DNA of 64,000 bases from Laetmonice hystrix (lineage: Eukaryota). Positions 59,385 through 64,000 of this stretch are shown here, piece by piece. Under the pieces are notes generated by a model, which was not told the DNA's origin, ran no database searches, and saw only the letters and a program-made list of their open reading frames with translations. Numbering within the stretch: the stretch's first letter is position 1; each line of letters opens with the position of its first letter. The stretch covers positions 35,962,001 through 36,026,000 of the forward strand of contig OZ249440.1 in NCBI GenBank assembly GCA_965235115.1, in the 5' to 3' direction. The translations under genes and the position numbers were made by a program.

Positions 59385-62111
59385 GTGAGTGAGTGAGTAG
59401 TGGTGGTTTTGCGCCGTGTCGGCATCTGGGGCCATATTCACGGCGAAAACAGAGTTATAAGACCATAAAACCAAAGGAACCTATTTTATCCCGGGTCCCA
59501 ACGGGAACACCACCAAAACACATCTATAAAAGATTCAGAAGTCCAGCCTCCGACAAGAACTCTAAAATCACTCCTGGTCCGACATTGCTAAAAAGATCCT
59601 TAAGACTCGTCTCACCATAAAACCTTTGTCTGATGAGAGTAAAATCACCACATTCGAGCAAAAGATGCTTCAGTGTCAAAGGACACTGACAGCCATAACA
59701 TTTTGGAGGTGGCTCCCCCTTCAATAAAAACACATGGGTTAATCTAGAATGACCAACTCTGCATCGAGTAAAAACAATTTCATGCCTACGTTGGGTTAGG
59801 CCATGATGATACCTTTGGTTTACCATGGGACTGATCTGATACAACTTATTGTTTGGTTCTTCATCCCATTCGGCCTGCCATTTGTTTTTAACATAAGCCC
59901 AGATGGTAGGTCTGAGGTCAGAGGCTGGGATTGGACACAATTCGACGTCTGTTTCAAGAGCTCTCTTGGCAGTTCTGTCTGCTTGCTCATTGCCGGGGAT
60001 GCCAACATGACCAGGCACCCAGCAAAAGTGAATGTCAAAGTTTGCATTGGCAAGCATTGCCAACTTGGACAAGATTCGAACGATCACTGGGTGATCTGTG
60101 TTCAAGTTAGCAAGTGCTTGCAGACAGGATAAGGAATCCGAGAAAATAAGGAACTCTTTTTTGCCCGAAACTTCAATATTTTGAAGGGCAAGAAGCAGGG
60201 CCCGGGCCTCTGCTGAGAAGATGGAACTTTGCCCTGAGATGCGGGTGCCGAAGTTGCGTTTGCCATGAACTGCTGCCGCAGACACATCACTGCCATCCTT
60301 TGAGCCATCAGTATAGAAGGCATAATGAGACGGATACCTTGCCTGGACGTCAAGGAAATGGTCAAAATATGTCAGGGGATGAGTCTCCGACTTCTTCAGT
60401 TGAGCCAACTGAAGGATGACATCAGGCTTTTCTAGGTCCCAAGGAGGGATATTGCAAAAGTGTGTCTGCCCCAGGACGTTCAGATCCACATCCAGTTCCT
60501 CTAGATGAGGTTTCACCCTCAGTCCAAAAGGACGTATGTACGTTTCCTTTCTTTCATATAAATGTTGGAACTGAGTGTGAAAGACGCAATTGTAAGCTGG
60601 ATTTGAACTGTTTGTCCTGAGCTTGACTGCATACTGCAGAGCCAGCTTCAGACGCCTGTTGTAAAGCGAGGGCTCTCTGGCCTCCACATAGAGGCTCTGA
60701 ACAGGAGACGTTCTAAAAGCCCCAAGTGAAAGCCGCAAACCCTGGTGGTGAACCGTGTCCAAAAGCCGTATGTAAGACTTACAAGCAGAGCTGTAAACTA
60801 TGCTGCCGTAATCGAGCTTCGACCGGATTAAAGCTCTGTACAGTTGTAAAAGGACTGTACTGTCTGCCCCCCAGTTTGTGCCAGATAAAACCTTGAGAAC
60901 ATCCAGAGCCTTAAGGCATCTGGATTTGAGCGATTTAATGTGAGGAATAAAAGACAGCTTGCTGTCAAAAGTGAGACCTAGGAACTTTGTCTCTTTAACA
61001 ACTTTGACAGGATCTCCATCCATTGTCAACTCGGGGTCAAGATGGAAGGCACGCAGCTTGCAAAAGTGCATGCAGACCGTTTTAGATTTGGAAAACTTAA
61101 AACCATTTTCCACTGACCAAGCATGGATTCTATTAAGACAGAGTTGGAGTTGTCTTTCAATGGCATTCATGTTTTTGCCTCTGCAGCAGACGTTAAAGTC
61201 ATCAACGAACAGGCTGCAGGGCATGCCAGTTTTAACCGAGTTAACAATGCTGTTGATCTTAAGACAAAAAAGGGTAACAGACAAAATGCTTCCCTGAGGC
61301 ACACCTAATTCTTGGTCATGGAAGTCAGAGAGGGTAGTGCCTACTCTGACTTGAAAGTGTCTGTTCGATAAAAACCGAGATATGAAAATGGGCAAACGCC
61401 CCCTAAAACCCATATCATGCAAATCTTTTAAAATGCCGTACTTCCATGTTGTGTCGTATGCCTTTTCTAGGTCAAAAAAGACGGCAACAACATGTTCACG
61501 GTTGATAAAAGCATCTCGGATGTATGTCTCGAGTCTAATGAGATGATCGAGAGTACTTCTCCCTCGCCGGAAGCCGCACTGAAACTCAGTGATGAGTTGC
61601 TCAGACTCCAGCTTCCAGACGAGGCGATCATTAATCATTTTCTCCATGGTTTTACACAAGCAACTTGTTAGGGCTATTGGTCTGTAATCGTTAGCTTCAC
61701 TATGGTCTTTTCCTGGTTTTGGGATGGGAATGATTATTGCTTCTTGCCAGGAACGTGGAATATTACCAGTTATCCAAATATTGTTGAAAATGTGGAGAAG
61801 GATGAGAAGTGTGGTGTCGGGTAAATGTTTGAGGAATTGGTAATGTATTTTGTCAGGTCCAACTGCAGTGTCGTGTGATTTTTTAAGAGAGCATTTGAGT
61901 TCTTCAATAGAGAAGAGTTGGTTATACTCTTCTCTGTTGTCAGAGTTGAAGTTTAGTTTCTGTTTCTCTTTGCGAGCACGAATGGCTTGGAATTCAGGGA
62001 GGCAGTTCCTGGAGGAGGAGTTTGTTTGAAAGGTGTCAGCCAGTTTGTTTGCTATTGCATCTGTGGTGGTTAGTAAGGTGTCTTGATGTTTTAAGTGTTG
62101 GACTCCAGTAC
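59385..62111 (-). mobile_element. 5'-truncated I-group LINE with open RT-RNase H-Zn finger frame, type-A UTR
   Basis: ORF 59524-62130. No TSD, and ~210 bp of the host unit is missing at the site. Confidence 0.95.
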
Positions 62112-62612
62112 GCGCGGAGGGCAATGCCACGCAACCTCGGACTCGAATACTGGGACATCACGTGGATCACACGGGGCGGGAGACGGATTGCATCCCTTGA
62201 CGGAGATGTGGCCTCTCTCCGCCCCGATATGGTCTACATCGACCTCGGCGTGAACGACTTGACGGCCACCACACTACACTACAGAAGCCAGGAGCTGGCT
62301 TGGTGACTCGTGGACTGGGGCCGGGTCCTGGCCAGAGAGACTGGCTGCCAAGTCGTCCTCGCTGAGGTCTTGCCAACAGTGGGGAGGGACCGCTCGGTCA
62401 TCGCTCGCAATAGGGTGATCGAGCAGTTCAACCTGCACCTTCGAGAGATGGTGGAGGCCGACAACACCGGGGCCGTGCACCAGGACCTCGCGGCACGGAT
62501 GGTTGTCTGGTGTTACACGGCCCGGGACGGCCTCCACCTCAACGCAGCCGGCAACCGCCGGCTGACTCGGAGCATCCGAGTGGCTGTGAGAGTCATTGGC
62601 GACGCTCTCTAA
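62110..62612 (+). pseudogene. SGNH/GDSL hydrolase copy 3 (5' end deleted, same TGA as copy 2, small deletions)
   Basis: Alignment to copy 2. Confidence 0.8.
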
Positions 62613-64000
62613 GTGACACAGCTCTCACCGCCCACTCCACAACCACAACTATAAGGCCCTTCTTAGGGCCACAATCTATCACAAAAGATCCATCGCTATA
62701 TCATGTGTGACGTTCCCTTCCCTTGGTTTCAATGTATTTACGCATTTTGTTTTCGTTTACATTCTTTATTTTGACCAACCTATATACGTTCACATCCCTT
62801 GTACAAATATATCCCCCCAGTGACCTGTGATGGCATCCGAGCCAAAGAATTTATATATTAACAATGCATGGAGAACCTCCGTTTCACCAAATACCCTCAC
62901 ATAGACGATTTACATATCCGACTTCTCAAAGTATATTCACTCGCCTGCATGTCAAAGATGCATTGCATAATTTTGGCTAATGTATTCCCCTGCATCTCCT
63001 CCGACAATTTAGTAAGATAAATACGCATTACTTTCGGAAATAAGACCGACTGTGCACACCCGTATTTGGCCCCTTTTCTATGCATGACACAATTGGTTTC
63101 TCAGCCGGTAATTTAGTTCCGACTTCACCTCGCCCCCGTTTAAAAAGTACTTGGAGTCTCCTCTTCAAAGTTGCCCCTCGAAATAAACATGCTTTACTAC
63201 TGAGCAAGTTTCAAGCAAACTATACATTAATTAATGCGACAGCCGATACATGCAGTGTGGTTTATGGTTACCTTAGAGCGTGATCGGCAGGACGCTTCCC
63301 GGCGCCCGACATCATCTGCTGGCTACGGAAACGTATACAAAATACCCTCCTACATTATGATTGAAAATACCTAAAGGTATGGGAGCTATTAAATTTTCCC
63401 CGGGTCACTAACCGACAAACAGAACCAGGCCGCTCGTGATGGTGCTAGTACGCGGAGGCCGGGAATACACTTGTCAGACACATAGGCCTACATAATGCCC
63501 AAGTCTTACAAAGAACCTCTAATAACGCATATTTCTAAAAGTGTACATAGGCTACAAAAGGCTACATAGAAATGTCTCGTATATACATCAATACTCTGTC
63601 TTGGTCGATGCGGTTGCTCTTTCAGACTTTTAATGTCGCCCCGACGGTGCAGGTCACGTGGCGAAGACGAAAGTGGTGCCAGGTTTGCCGGTGAGGACGT
63701 CCCGGCAGCAGGCAAAGATCGGCCGCCGCACTCGCTCATTTTCAACTTGCAAAATTGCATACACTCAGCCATCGTTCGGTTTATGGGCATGCACATATAT
63801 AGACATTAGCATACTGTTTACCTGCAAATAATGTTCGCTCCTTAGAATGGCAACAAACGGGCGGCATGTAATAAATATATAAAATATGAGACATCGTATT
63901 CCCTAAGGCCTATATATCAACATGACAGGAATATATGCAATACCCAGACATGATCAGTGATATCTTGAAATTATGAGAACATTTATTTTTTTAATTTTTA

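Larger units (their letters stand above)
55085..64000 (+). repeat. Tandem array of at least three ~2.25-kb units, each carrying an SGNH-hydrolase ORF; runs off the window
   Basis: Near-identical units, with ORF stops at 55610, 57883 and 62612. The third unit is interrupted by a LINE. Confidence 0.92.

Noticed and set aside
59524..62130. Functional fusion between the LINE ORF and the SGNH repeat
   Set aside because: The start lies in antisense SGNH sequence across the truncation junction, so the fusion is coincidental.

Overview
This is eukaryotic DNA, most likely from an invertebrate animal, made almost entirely of nested transposable elements (TEs). I could not identify an intact cellular gene. 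One I-group (Nimb-like) LINE family dominates: it has ORF1 with CCHC knuckles, an APE-RT-RNase H ORF2 and an (ACTC)n tail, and occurs as about 14 copies or fragments, 12 of them on the minus strand. The near-full-length copy (22077-36971) is split by a young Gypsy element (25615-35102). That Gypsy has 909-bp LTRs with non-canonical TTT...AAA ends, an in-frame gag-UAG-pol junction and a chromodomain-like integrase tail, and it is itself hit by the same LINE family. Also present are a Sola2-like DNA transposon, a fragmented Helitron whose RepHel appears to end in a GIY-YIG nuclease, BEL/Pao, CR1-like, RTE-X-like, Harbinger and RecQ fragments, a tRNA-derived V-SINE, several MITEs, and a ~2.25-kb tandem unit encoding a stand-alone SGNH hydrolase. 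The best novelty candidates are the Helitron Rep-helicase-GIY-YIG architecture, a pseudoknot-like motif at the LINE 5' end that recurs in its 3' UTR exactly where two short copies begin, and the atypical Gypsy termini and readthrough signal. All calls were made by eye; no database searches were run.
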